Assembly (NCBI GenBank): GCA_039630545.1
Contig: JBCNUU010000003.1
Location: 28,820 to 92,819, forward strand
Reading direction: 5' to 3'
DNA from: Endomicrobiia bacterium
Lineage (GTDB): Bacteria; Elusimicrobiota; Endomicrobiia; DTEH01
Length of the DNA: 64,000 nucleotides
The translations under genes and the position numbers were made by a program. Positions 28,683 through 36,963 of this stretch are shown here, in pieces. Within the stretch, counting starts at the first letter, position 1. Every line of letters begins with the position of its first letter. The notes under the pieces are model-generated. The model did not search any database. It was not told the DNA's origin and saw nothing but the letters and a program-made list of their open reading frames with translations.

Positions 28683-29351
28683 ATGCTTGAAGAAAAAATT
28701 TCAAAATTAAAAAATCAAATTATTGAATACTCAAATCTAATAATTGATATGTTTAGTGATTCTTTGAGATCTATTTTTTCTACCAATAAAGAAAATCTAC
28801 AAGAGATAATAAAGGAAAAAGAAGTTAAAGCAAATGAATACGAGATTGAGTTAGAGGAGAAGTGTATATATGTAATTGCTCAATATGAGCCAAAAGCTTT
28901 TGATTTAAGATTTATTCTTTCAGTTTTGAAAATGACAAATGATTTAGAAAGGATGGGAGATCATATTGTGAATATTTCACAGAGTGGTGTTTTTCTTATG
29001 GAACATAACAAAGCTTTAATTTCAGAATATAAAATAGATATTGAGAAAATTTTTAATTTGACTCATAATATGTTTACAGAAAGTATAACTTCGTTTATAG
29101 AAGAAAATCCTATAGCAGCAAAAAAACTCTGCGAGTTAGATCAACAAGTAGATGATCTAAAAAAACAAATTTATAGAAAGATAATAGAAGACATCAAAAC
29201 AAATCCTAAAGATATTGAAGATTATATTCATCTTGAGCGCATAATAAATAATATAGAACGCATAGCAGACCTTACTACGAATATCTGTGAAGATATTATT
29301 TTTCTTTACGAGGCAAGAATTATTAAACACCACAGAGATGAAAAACTTTAA
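28683..29351 (+). CDS. phoU: Phosphate signalling complex protein PhoU
   Basis: 222 aa. Two PhoU repeats with ERMGDH and ERIADL motifs. The start immediately follows the arsC stop (TAAATG). Confidence 0.85.
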   Translation: MLEEKISKLKNQIIEYSNLIIDMFSDSLRSIFSTNKENLQEIIKEKEVKANEYEIELEEKCIYVIAQYEPKAFDLRFILSVLKMTNDLERMGDHIVNISQSGVFLMEHNKALISEYKIDIEKIFNLTHNMFTESITSFIEENPIAAKKLCELDQQVDDLKKQIYRKIIEDIKTNPKDIEDYIHLERIINNIERIADLTTNICEDIIFLYEARIIKHHRDEKL

Positions 29352-29354
29352 CAT

Positions 29355-29588
29355 TTAAGCATTTCTATTGTTTTTTTTCTTCTTTGAACTATATGTGATA
29401 AGTAAACCTACAAGGACTAAAAAAACAGAAATTATCAATGGTATAGGCAAAGCTAGACCTTTTATGATATAGCTTAAATCTAAATAAACTACAGCATTAT
29501 AGCCAAAATTTATTATATCCAGTGTGGTTTTTATAGCATATAAAACACCAGAAAGAAAAATAATAATACCTATTATATTTCGCAGCAT
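29355..29588 (-). CDS. Small integral membrane protein (2 TM), unknown function
   Basis: 77 aa with two hydrophobic helices and a basic C-terminus. Lies 4 nt after the preceding membrane gene. Confidence 0.4.
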   Translation of the reverse strand: MLRNIIGIIIFLSGVLYAIKTTLDIINFGYNAVVYLDLSYIIKGLALPIPLIISVFLVLVGLLITYSSKKKKNNRNA

Positions 29589-29592
29589 TTAT

Positions 29593-30198
29593 TTAAATCT
29601 TTAAGGCAATAAAAATTCCTACACCTATAGGAATAAAGAAACTTTTAAATAACCTGCTCCATATAGGGTAGTTAAAATCATAAATTTTCAAGTTTATACT
29701 TGTAATTAAAATAAACCCGGCAGGTATAAAAAACAGAAAACTACCAACATCTCGCCATAGATTTTGTTTTAAAAACAACCAGCTACCAAGTGATAAAAAC
29801 GACACTATAACAATAAAAGTTTCACCGGCTGAAAATCCAAATAAATTGATTATTTTCACAATAAAAGAAATTTTGCTTTTATATAAAAAAACAGTAGAAA
29901 TTACTGATATAGCCACAAACACACAGGATACTATGAAAAAAAATTTTTTATATTTTAAAAGTTGTTCTATAAAAATTTCATATATCTGGATGAAGTTGTA
30001 TCTAATAGATTCTTTAATGTCATGTAATGTATACATTTTGATATAGTCTTGTTTGTTTTTATCTACACCAAGAAAAGATTTTATCTTTGTATTTTTACCT
30101 AACCTATATTTTTTATATACAATTTCTTTTTGTGAAGAGGTGAGATAAAGCAAAGAATAAGTTAAAAAAAGCAATAGAATAATGATTGCTGTTCTCAT
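29593..30198 (-). CDS. Integral membrane protein, unknown function
   Basis: 201 aa with about 4-5 hydrophobic segments. ATGA overlap with the P-II-like gene. Confidence 0.45.
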   Translation of the reverse strand: MRTAIIILLLFLTYSLLYLTSSQKEIVYKKYRLGKNTKIKSFLGVDKNKQDYIKMYTLHDIKESIRYNFIQIYEIFIEQLLKYKKFFFIVSCVFVAISVISTVFLYKSKISFIVKIINLFGFSAGETFIVIVSFLSLGSWLFLKQNLWRDVGSFLFFIPAGFILITSINLKIYDFNYPIWSRLFKSFFIPIGVGIFIALKI

Positions 30199-30521
30199 TG
30201 TTTATTTCTGTTTACTTCTACATATCCAACTACCTTGCTTACAGGCTGTACAAAAGCAATGCCCTGGCCTGGTTTATCAAGATTAGCTGCTTTTACAATA
30301 ACATCTAAAATTTTTTGTGTTTCTTCTTTTTTTGTTATAATAAAAGCTACTTCTTTTTCTGGTTGAATTATAGTCCCTAAAAGTTTTAGACGTTCTCTTA
30401 CACCAGTTCCTCTTGCAAAAAACATTGTGGCACCTGCTGCACCTGCATTTAGTACTTCTTTTATTACTTTATCCATTTTACCTCGTTGAACCACGAAAGT
30501 TATTATTTCAAATTCATTCAT
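30195..30521 (-). CDS. P-II (GlnB) family signal-transduction-like protein
   Basis: 108 aa. beta-alpha-beta pattern EIITFVVQRGKMDKVIKEVLNAGAAGATMFFARGTG ... GQGIAFVQPVSKV resembles the short-T-loop P-II-like proteins that accompany membrane proteins. Confidence 0.65.
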   Translation of the reverse strand: MNEFEIITFVVQRGKMDKVIKEVLNAGAAGATMFFARGTGVRERLKLLGTIIQPEKEVAFIITKKEETQKILDVIVKAANLDKPGQGIAFVQPVSKVVGYVEVNRNKQ

Positions 30522-30626
30522 ATTGCCCTCCCTAGGTCTAAACTAAAAATCCGTTTAACTTTCTTTTTATTAAAATATAAAAATATAAGCTATTTTACAA
30601 TAACTTAATTTTTGGATTGTAACCTC

Positions 30627-30655
30627 TTGACATACTAAATGGAGTTTTATAAAAT
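30627..30655 (+). promoter_or_regulatory. Sigma-70-type promoter for the riboswitch-led operon
   Basis: TTGACA (30627-30632), 17-nt spacer, TAAAAT (30650-30655). The predicted transcription start lies a few nt before the riboswitch P1 helix. Confidence 0.5.
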
Positions 30656-30662
30656 TTTTAAT

Positions 30663-30762
30663 ACCACACTGGTGGGGGAAGTGAAGGTGAGATTCCTTCC
30701 ACTGCCCACGCAACGGTAATCTCTGTTGTAAAAAACAGAGGAGTCCGGTCTATCACCAGTGG
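30663..30762 (+). promoter_or_regulatory. Cobalamin (B12) riboswitch aptamer, compact form
   Basis: GGGAAGTGAAGGTGAGATTCCTTCCACTGCCCACGCAACGGTAA matches the conserved core GGGAA...GGTG..A.TCC...C.G.CC.CGC.AC.GTAA. A B12-box-like AGTCCGGTCTATCACCAG follows. P1 helix ACTGGTG (30668-30674) / CACCAGT (30754-30760). Internal hairpin CTCTGTT..AACAGAG at 30721-30740. Confidence 0.8.
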
Positions 30763-30763
30763 T

Positions 30764-30850
30764 AGGAAGTACCTACGTTGGGTGGGGAAAAATAATGAAA
30801 AAGATAACCCTATCTGTTCACTCATCGTATGTACTTCCTTTGATTTTTTT
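30764..30850 (+). terminator. Putative riboswitch expression platform / intrinsic terminator
   Basis: AGGAAGTACCTACG (30764-30777) pairs with CGTATGTACTTCCT (30826-30839), 14 bp with 1 mismatch and a large loop. Followed by TTGATTTTTTT. No obvious Shine-Dalgarno before the thyX ATG, which argues for transcriptional control. Confidence 0.45.
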
Positions 30851-30868
30851 ATCTCTTTCAAAGTATTT

Positions 30869-31588
30869 ATGGTTAATAAACTAGAAGTAAAACTTTTAAG
30901 TTTTACTAAAAATGCTTTATATGTGATTTATTCTTCATTTAGACAGTGCTATTCTGCCCTTACTGCAGAAGAGATTTTTAAGAAGTGTTTAAAAGAAAAA
31001 GAAGACAAAAAGTACGAAGATTTTATTAGAAAACTTATAGATTCTGGTCATGAAAGTCCTCTTGAACATGTAAGTTTTACTTTTTCAATAAGTGGAGTAT
31101 CAAGAGCCCTTACTCATCAGTTAGTAAGACACAGAATTGCTTCATATTCCCAGCAGAGTCAAAGATATGTTAAAATGGAAAATTTTGAATACATTGTTCC
31201 CCCATTAATAAGTTCTAATGAAAATCTTAAAAAGGAATTTGATAATTTTATGAAAGAGGTTCAAAAAAAATATGATTTTTTTGTTAGGGAGTTAGAGAAA
31301 TTAGGTAAAAAAGGAGAGGAAGTTTACCAGGATGCTAGATATATTTTGCCACAAGCTACAGAAACAAAGATAGTAGTAACTATGAATTGTAGGGAACTTT
31401 TACATTTTTTTAGAGAAAGATGTTGTAGTCGTGCTCAATGGGAAATAAGAGAGCTTGCAAACAAGATGTTAGAAATTTGTAGGAAAAAACTTAGAGTCGT
31501 TTTTGAAAAAGCAGGAGCAAAATGTGTCAGTCTTGGTTATTGTCCAGAAAACGAAAAATTTAGTTGCGGCAGATATAAATTAAAATAA
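30869..31588 (+). CDS. thyX: Flavin-dependent thymidylate synthase ThyX
   Basis: The start is moved to the ATG at 30869 (MVNKLEVKLL...), because the track start at 30782 lies inside the riboswitch platform. ThyX signature RHRIASYSQQSQRY (RHRxxSxxxxSxRY). Confidence 0.9.
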   Translation: MVNKLEVKLLSFTKNALYVIYSSFRQCYSALTAEEIFKKCLKEKEDKKYEDFIRKLIDSGHESPLEHVSFTFSISGVSRALTHQLVRHRIASYSQQSQRYVKMENFEYIVPPLISSNENLKKEFDNFMKEVQKKYDFFVRELEKLGKKGEEVYQDARYILPQATETKIVVTMNCRELLHFFRERCCSRAQWEIRELANKMLEICRKKLRVVFEKAGAKCVSLGYCPENEKFSCGRYKLK

Positions 31589-31617
31589 AAAAAATTTTAT
31601 CAATGGAGGTTAAGTAT

Positions 31618-31977
31618 ATGGTTAAATTTGTTTTGTATCTTTTAAGATGGCAGTTGAGTACACCTATTTTGTGGCTTGTAGTGAAAAATTTAGGTACAGG
31701 TATTGGCGCTACAATTCTTGCTAATTTGATTGGTGGTAGTATATTTTTCTGGGTTGATAAGTTTATATTTACATCAAAAGCAGTTGAAATGTGGCACTTT
31801 AAGGAAAAAGGTATTTGTGACAATTGTGGTAAAGAAACTTCATTATGGAGATTGGTTTTAGCACCAGGTTATGATAGAAGAAATGCAGAGCCAAAATATT
31901 TCTGTTTGGAATGTTCAAAGAAAAAAACAGATGAGTTGAGGAAAAGAGGCATACCTATAAGAGGAAGAAGTTATTGA
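31618..31977 (+). CDS. Small membrane protein with a C-terminal CxxC...CxxC zinc-ribbon, unknown function
   Basis: GGAGG precedes the ATG at 31618. Two hydrophobic helices, then CDNCGKE...CLECSKKK and a basic tail. Confidence 0.5.
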   Translation: MVKFVLYLLRWQLSTPILWLVVKNLGTGIGATILANLIGGSIFFWVDKFIFTSKAVEMWHFKEKGICDNCGKETSLWRLVLAPGYDRRNAEPKYFCLECSKKKTDELRKRGIPIRGRSY

Positions 31978-32008
31978 GTTTTTATATAAAAGGGAGGAAA
32001 AGTAAAAT

Positions 32009-34144
32009 ATGGAAAAAACAATTTTTGAAGAAACAATACTGTTACAGCCCAGGTTTAGGCATATAATAAAAAGAGATGGCAGAGTTGTAAAATTTGATTC
32101 ATCTAAAATCACAAATGCCATATATAAAGCTGGAAAAGCGACAGGAGAGTTTGGTGAAGAAATTGCTAGAAATTTAACCATTAAGGTTTTAAATTTAGCA
32201 GATTTGTCTGGACTACCGGACACACCAACAGTAGAACAAATTCAAGACATAGTTGAAGAAGTTTTGTTGTCTTCTCCTTTTAAGAAAACAGCTAAAGCTT
32301 ATATTCTTTATAGACAGCAACATAAAGAAATAAGAGAAATTTCTTCTAAATTTAGTGTAGAACTTATAGAAAAGTATTTAACTAAAAAAGACTGGCAAGT
32401 AAAAGAAAACAGCAACATGAGTTTTTCTCTACAGGGTCTTAATAACTATATTTCTCAGGAACTAACAAAAATTTATTGGTTGAATAAAATCTATACTGAA
32501 GATATTAAGTTTGCTCATTTAGAGGGAGATTTTCATATTCATGATTTAGGTGTATTAAGTGTTTATTGTGTTGGGTGGGATTTACAGGACTTATTAACTG
32601 TTGGGTTTAAAGGAGCAAAAGATAAAGTTGAATCAAAACCACCAAAGCATTTTCGTTCAGCATTAGGACAAATCGTTAACTTTTTTTATACTTTACAAGG
32701 AGAAGCTGCAGGAGCTCAAGCATTTTCTAACTTTGATACACTACTTGCTCCCTTCATAAGATATGATGGGTTATCATACAAGGCAGTAAAACAATCAATT
32801 CAAGAATTTGTTTTTAACCTGAATGTACCTACCAGAGTTGGTTTCCAGACACCTTTTACAAACTTAACATTTGATATCGTTGCTCCTGAACATCTTAGAT
32901 ATCAAAATGTAATAGTAGCTGGAGAATTAAAAGAAGAAAAATATGGAGATTTTCAGGATGAAATGAATATGATAAACAAAGCATTTTTAGAAGTGATGTT
33001 CGAGGGTGATGCGAAAGGGAGAGTTTTTACATTTCCTATTCCTACCTACAACATAACTAAAAATTTCGACTATGAAAATGAAAGTCTGGATTTGCTTTGG
33101 AAAATTACAGGTAAATATGGAGTGCCATATTTTGCTAATTTTGTAAATTCTGATATGAAACCAGAAGATACAAGAAGTATGTGTTGTAGACTAAGGCTAG
33201 ATAACAGAGAATTAAACAAAAGGTTAGGAGGAATTTTTAGTTCTTCTCCTTTGACTGGTTCTATTGGCGTTGTAACGATAAACATGCCAAGGATAGGTTA
33301 TCTTTCTAAAACAGAAAAAGAATTCTTTGATAGGTTGGCCTCTGTTATGGATTTAGCAAAAAATAGTCTAGAAACTAAAAGAAAAGTTTTAGAAAAACTA
33401 ACCGAAAATGATCTTTATCCTTATTCTAAATTTTATTTAAGAGAAATTAAAAAACGTTTTGGAGAGTACTGGAAAAATCATTTTTCTACAATAGGATTAG
33501 TTGGTATGAATGAGGCCTTAATTAACTTTCTTGGAGTTGATATTGGACATCCAGACGGTATAGAGTTTACTAAGAAGGTGTTAGACTTTATGTTGCTAAA
33601 ATTAAGAGAATATCAGCAAGAAACAACAAACCTATACAATCTTGAAGCAACTCCAGCAGAAAGCACTTCCTACAGGTTAGCTTTGCTTGATAAAAAGAAA
33701 TATCCAGACCTTTTGATAACCCATAACAGAAAAATAAGTGATGTAGATTATCCCATTTATACAAACTCAACGCAGCTTCCAGTAAATTACACAGATGATA
33801 TTTTTGAGGTATTAGAACTTCAAAATGATATTCAAAAAAAATATACAGGAGGAACAGTTGTCCACATATTTGTAGGAGAAGAAATAGAAGATATTCAATC
33901 AATTAAGAAATTAGTAAAAAAAATTACTCAAAATTTTGAGATTCCATATTTTACAATAACCCCAACATTTAGCGTATGTCCTAACTGTGGGTATATAAGA
34001 GGAGAAAAACAAATATGTTCTAAATGTGGTGAATTATGTGAAATTTATTCAAGGGTTGTTGGATACTTAAGGCCTGTAAGTAGATGGAATGAAGGTAAAC
34101 AATCAGAGTTTAAACAGAGGATGACCTTTAATTTAAATATATGA
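32009..34144 (+). CDS. nrdD: Anaerobic (class III) ribonucleoside-triphosphate reductase NrdD
   Basis: 711 aa. N-terminal ATP-cone (IIKRDGRVVKFD..KI..AI.KA), C-terminal Zn site CPNCGY...CSKCG, and glycyl-radical motif SRVVGYLRPVSRWNEGK. Confidence 0.95.
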   Translation: MEKTIFEETILLQPRFRHIIKRDGRVVKFDSSKITNAIYKAGKATGEFGEEIARNLTIKVLNLADLSGLPDTPTVEQIQDIVEEVLLSSPFKKTAKAYILYRQQHKEIREISSKFSVELIEKYLTKKDWQVKENSNMSFSLQGLNNYISQELTKIYWLNKIYTEDIKFAHLEGDFHIHDLGVLSVYCVGWDLQDLLTVGFKGAKDKVESKPPKHFRSALGQIVNFFYTLQGEAAGAQAFSNFDTLLAPFIRYDGLSYKAVKQSIQEFVFNLNVPTRVGFQTPFTNLTFDIVAPEHLRYQNVIVAGELKEEKYGDFQDEMNMINKAFLEVMFEGDAKGRVFTFPIPTYNITKNFDYENESLDLLWKITGKYGVPYFANFVNSDMKPEDTRSMCCRLRLDNRELNKRLGGIFSSSPLTGSIGVVTINMPRIGYLSKTEKEFFDRLASVMDLAKNSLETKRKVLEKLTENDLYPYSKFYLREIKKRFGEYWKNHFSTIGLVGMNEALINFLGVDIGHPDGIEFTKKVLDFMLLKLREYQQETTNLYNLEATPAESTSYRLALLDKKKYPDLLITHNRKISDVDYPIYTNSTQLPVNYTDDIFEVLELQNDIQKKYTGGTVVHIFVGEEIEDIQSIKKLVKKITQNFEIPYFTITPTFSVCPNCGYIRGEKQICSKCGELCEIYSRVVGYLRPVSRWNEGKQSEFKQRMTFNLNI

Positions 34145-34752
34145 GAATAGGTGGTTTTCAAAAAATTTCTTTTATAGATTATCCCGGGCATATAAGTTGT
34201 GTGGTTTTTACTCAAGGATGCAACTTCAGGTGTTATTATTGTCACAATCCACAGTTAGTTTATCCAGAGTTGTTTCGGGAACCTATAGACGAAGAAATTG
34301 TTTTCAACTATATAACTAAAAGAAAAAATTATTTAGATGCTGTTGTAATCTGTGGAGGAGAGCCAACAATTCAAGAAGGTATAGTTGAATTTGTTAAACA
34401 TATAAAGAGGTTAGGACTGAAAGTAAAATTAGATACTAATGGTTCAAAACCGGAAATTCTAAATGAAATTATAGGATATATAGATTTTATATCAATGGAT
34501 ATAAAATCAAAAATTGAAAAATCCAAATACTCAAAAGTATGTAGAGTAGATGTCGATATTGATAAAATAAAAGATTCTATTAGAATAATTCTTAACTCTT
34601 CAGTTGAACATGAATTTAGGACTACAATAGATAATAATATTGTTGATGCTGAGGATATAAAGGAGATAAATAATTTTTTTTCTAATTTTTCTTATGTTGT
34701 AAAACATAAAATTCAGCATCTAAATAGATGGTTTTCTCCAAATTTTGTATAA
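34141..34752 (+). CDS. nrdG: Anaerobic ribonucleotide reductase activating radical SAM enzyme NrdG
   Basis: 203 aa. S.IDYPG....VF.QGCNFRCYYCHN, GGEPT. 4-nt overlap with nrdD. Confidence 0.88.
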   Translation: MRIGGFQKISFIDYPGHISCVVFTQGCNFRCYYCHNPQLVYPELFREPIDEEIVFNYITKRKNYLDAVVICGGEPTIQEGIVEFVKHIKRLGLKVKLDTNGSKPEILNEIIGYIDFISMDIKSKIEKSKYSKVCRVDVDIDKIKDSIRIILNSSVEHEFRTTIDNNIVDAEDIKEINNFFSNFSYVVKHKIQHLNRWFSPNFV

Positions 34753-34782
34753 GAAGGTATTTGTATAAGGGGGTAACATTTA

Positions 34783-36960
34783 ATGATAACATATGTATAT
34801 GGATACCCAAGATTAGGAGAGAATAGAGAATACAAATTTTCAATAGAAAAATTTTGGAAAAATAACTTATCTCAAAAAGAACTAATAGATGAAATTTCTT
34901 CTTTAGAACAAAAGAATAGAAATGAGTGTCTTCAATTTATAGATAAAGTTGTAGAAGGCGAGATGACTTTTTACAATGAAATTTTAGATACAGCAATTTT
35001 ATTCGGTATATTAAACCCTAAAAATTTAAATGAATACTACGAGTTTTGTAGAGGAAAAAATGCTTTAGAGATGAAAAAGTGGTTTAATACAAACTATCAT
35101 TATTTAGTTGTTGACTTTAGTAAGTTAGATAAGTTTGAGCTAAAAAATAACTTAGATAATATTGCTTTGATTTTTAAAAATAAAGCAAAATTTCCTTCAT
35201 TTATAGGCCCATATACTTTTCTTAAGTTATCAAAAGGGCTTGATATAAATGGCTTTAAGAAATATTTTTTTGATATGATTGAAATTTTAAACGACATTAT
35301 TTCAAAATACGATGAAGTACATATAGAAGAACCTGCTTTTGTTTTTGAAGTTAATCAAGATGAAGTTAAGTTAATTAAAGAAGCCTACAGCAAACTTGAC
35401 AAAAGTAAAAAGGTCTATTTGGTTACTTATTACGAATCAGTAGATTTTATTGATGTGTTGTATAGTTTACCTTTCTACGGTTTGGGATTTGATTTTATAA
35501 GAGGACAGGAAAACTTAGAATTTATCTTAAAAAACAAATTTCCAAAGGATAAAGTTTTAATAGCAGGAGTTGTAGATGGTAGAAATATTTGGAAAACAAA
35601 TGTGAAAAAAGTATCAGAAATATTAAAAGAATTAAAGAGTATTACTGAAAATATTTTTATATCAAACGCAGCCCCCCTATACCATCTACCTATAAGTGTT
35701 TCTTATGAAGAAAGCATTCCTCAGGATATTAAAAAATGTATATGTTTTGCAAAAGAACGTTTAGAAGAACTTAAAAAGATTAAAAAACTAATCCTAAAAG
35801 AAGAAATTTATAATGATTATTGCGATTTAGAAAAAGTTATAAGTAAGTATGAAGATGAAGAAATAAAAAAAAGAGTAAAAAACTTATCACGAGATGACTT
35901 TATAAAGAAAGTTCCCTATATAGATAGAAGAGAAATACAAAAAGATATTTTAAATTTACCTCTATTTCCTACAACTACAATAGGAAGTTTTCCTCAAAGT
36001 GAAGAAGTTAGAAATAAAAGGAATGAGTATATCAATGGTAAAATTTCTTACGATGAATATGAAAAGTTCATATTTAATCAAATAGATAAACTTATTGAAT
36101 ATCAAGAAAACTTAGGGTTAGATGTATTAGTACATGGAGAGTTCGAACGTACAGATATGGTTGAGTTTTTTGCATTTAAGATGAAAGGATTTTTGACTAC
36201 AAAAAATGGATGGGTTTTATCTTATGGTACAAGAGTCTACAGACCGCCTATAATATATTCGGATGTTTCACGAAAAGAACCTATGACTATAAAAGAAATA
36301 ACTTATGCACAATCTAAAACTAAAAAACCAGTAAAAGGAATGCTGACAGGTCCTGTTACTATGCTGGCATGGAGTTTCCATAGAGAAGATATTCCTATTC
36401 ATGAAGTTGCATATCAAATAGCGTTAGCATTGAAAGAAGAGATAGAAGATTATGAGAAAAATGGAATAAAAATAGTTCAAGTAGATGAGCCTGCTTTTAG
36501 AGAAAAAGCACCTATAAAAAAAAGAAAATGGAATGAATATTTCGAATGGGCAGTAAAAGCATTTAACCTTGCTACAAATACAAAACCTGAAACACAGATT
36601 CATACTCATATGTGTTACTCTGAATTTTCTGAAATTATAAAATATATAAACTTATTAGATTTTGATGTAATAACAATAGAAAGTTCAAGAAGTAAAGCAG
36701 AAATAATAGATGCCTTTAAAGATATTAACTTCGAAAGGCAAATAGGGATTGGTGTTTGGGATATACATTCACCATCTAATTTAGATAAAAAAGAAGTTTT
36801 TCAAATAGTAAATAGAGTTCTGAGTGTTATACCATACAAAAATGTATGGTTAAATCCAGATTGTGGTCTAAAAACTCGTCGTTGGGAGGAAATAGATCAA
36901 CCTTTGCAAGTAATAATAGAGGTGGCTAATATTTTAAGAAAAGAGTTTAAAGATACTTAG
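34783..36960 (+). CDS. metE: Cobalamin-independent methionine synthase MetE
   Basis: 725 aa, two Meth_synt domains. GYPR.G..RE.K at the N-terminus, TTTIGSFPQ, Zn ligands HTHMCYSEF and NPDCGLKTR. Confidence 0.95.
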   Translation: MITYVYGYPRLGENREYKFSIEKFWKNNLSQKELIDEISSLEQKNRNECLQFIDKVVEGEMTFYNEILDTAILFGILNPKNLNEYYEFCRGKNALEMKKWFNTNYHYLVVDFSKLDKFELKNNLDNIALIFKNKAKFPSFIGPYTFLKLSKGLDINGFKKYFFDMIEILNDIISKYDEVHIEEPAFVFEVNQDEVKLIKEAYSKLDKSKKVYLVTYYESVDFIDVLYSLPFYGLGFDFIRGQENLEFILKNKFPKDKVLIAGVVDGRNIWKTNVKKVSEILKELKSITENIFISNAAPLYHLPISVSYEESIPQDIKKCICFAKERLEELKKIKKLILKEEIYNDYCDLEKVISKYEDEEIKKRVKNLSRDDFIKKVPYIDRREIQKDILNLPLFPTTTIGSFPQSEEVRNKRNEYINGKISYDEYEKFIFNQIDKLIEYQENLGLDVLVHGEFERTDMVEFFAFKMKGFLTTKNGWVLSYGTRVYRPPIIYSDVSRKEPMTIKEITYAQSKTKKPVKGMLTGPVTMLAWSFHREDIPIHEVAYQIALALKEEIEDYEKNGIKIVQVDEPAFREKAPIKKRKWNEYFEWAVKAFNLATNTKPETQIHTHMCYSEFSEIIKYINLLDFDVITIESSRSKAEIIDAFKDINFERQIGIGVWDIHSPSNLDKKEVFQIVNRVLSVIPYKNVWLNPDCGLKTRRWEEIDQPLQVIIEVANILRKEFKDT

Positions 36961-36963
36961 TGG

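Noticed and set aside
30658-30861. 67-aa minus-strand ORF, and the 5' extension of the 30782 plus-strand ORF
   Set aside because: Both overlap the cobalamin riboswitch aptamer and its terminator hairpin. The G+C-rich structured RNA creates the open frames. ThyX homology only begins at the ATG at 30869.
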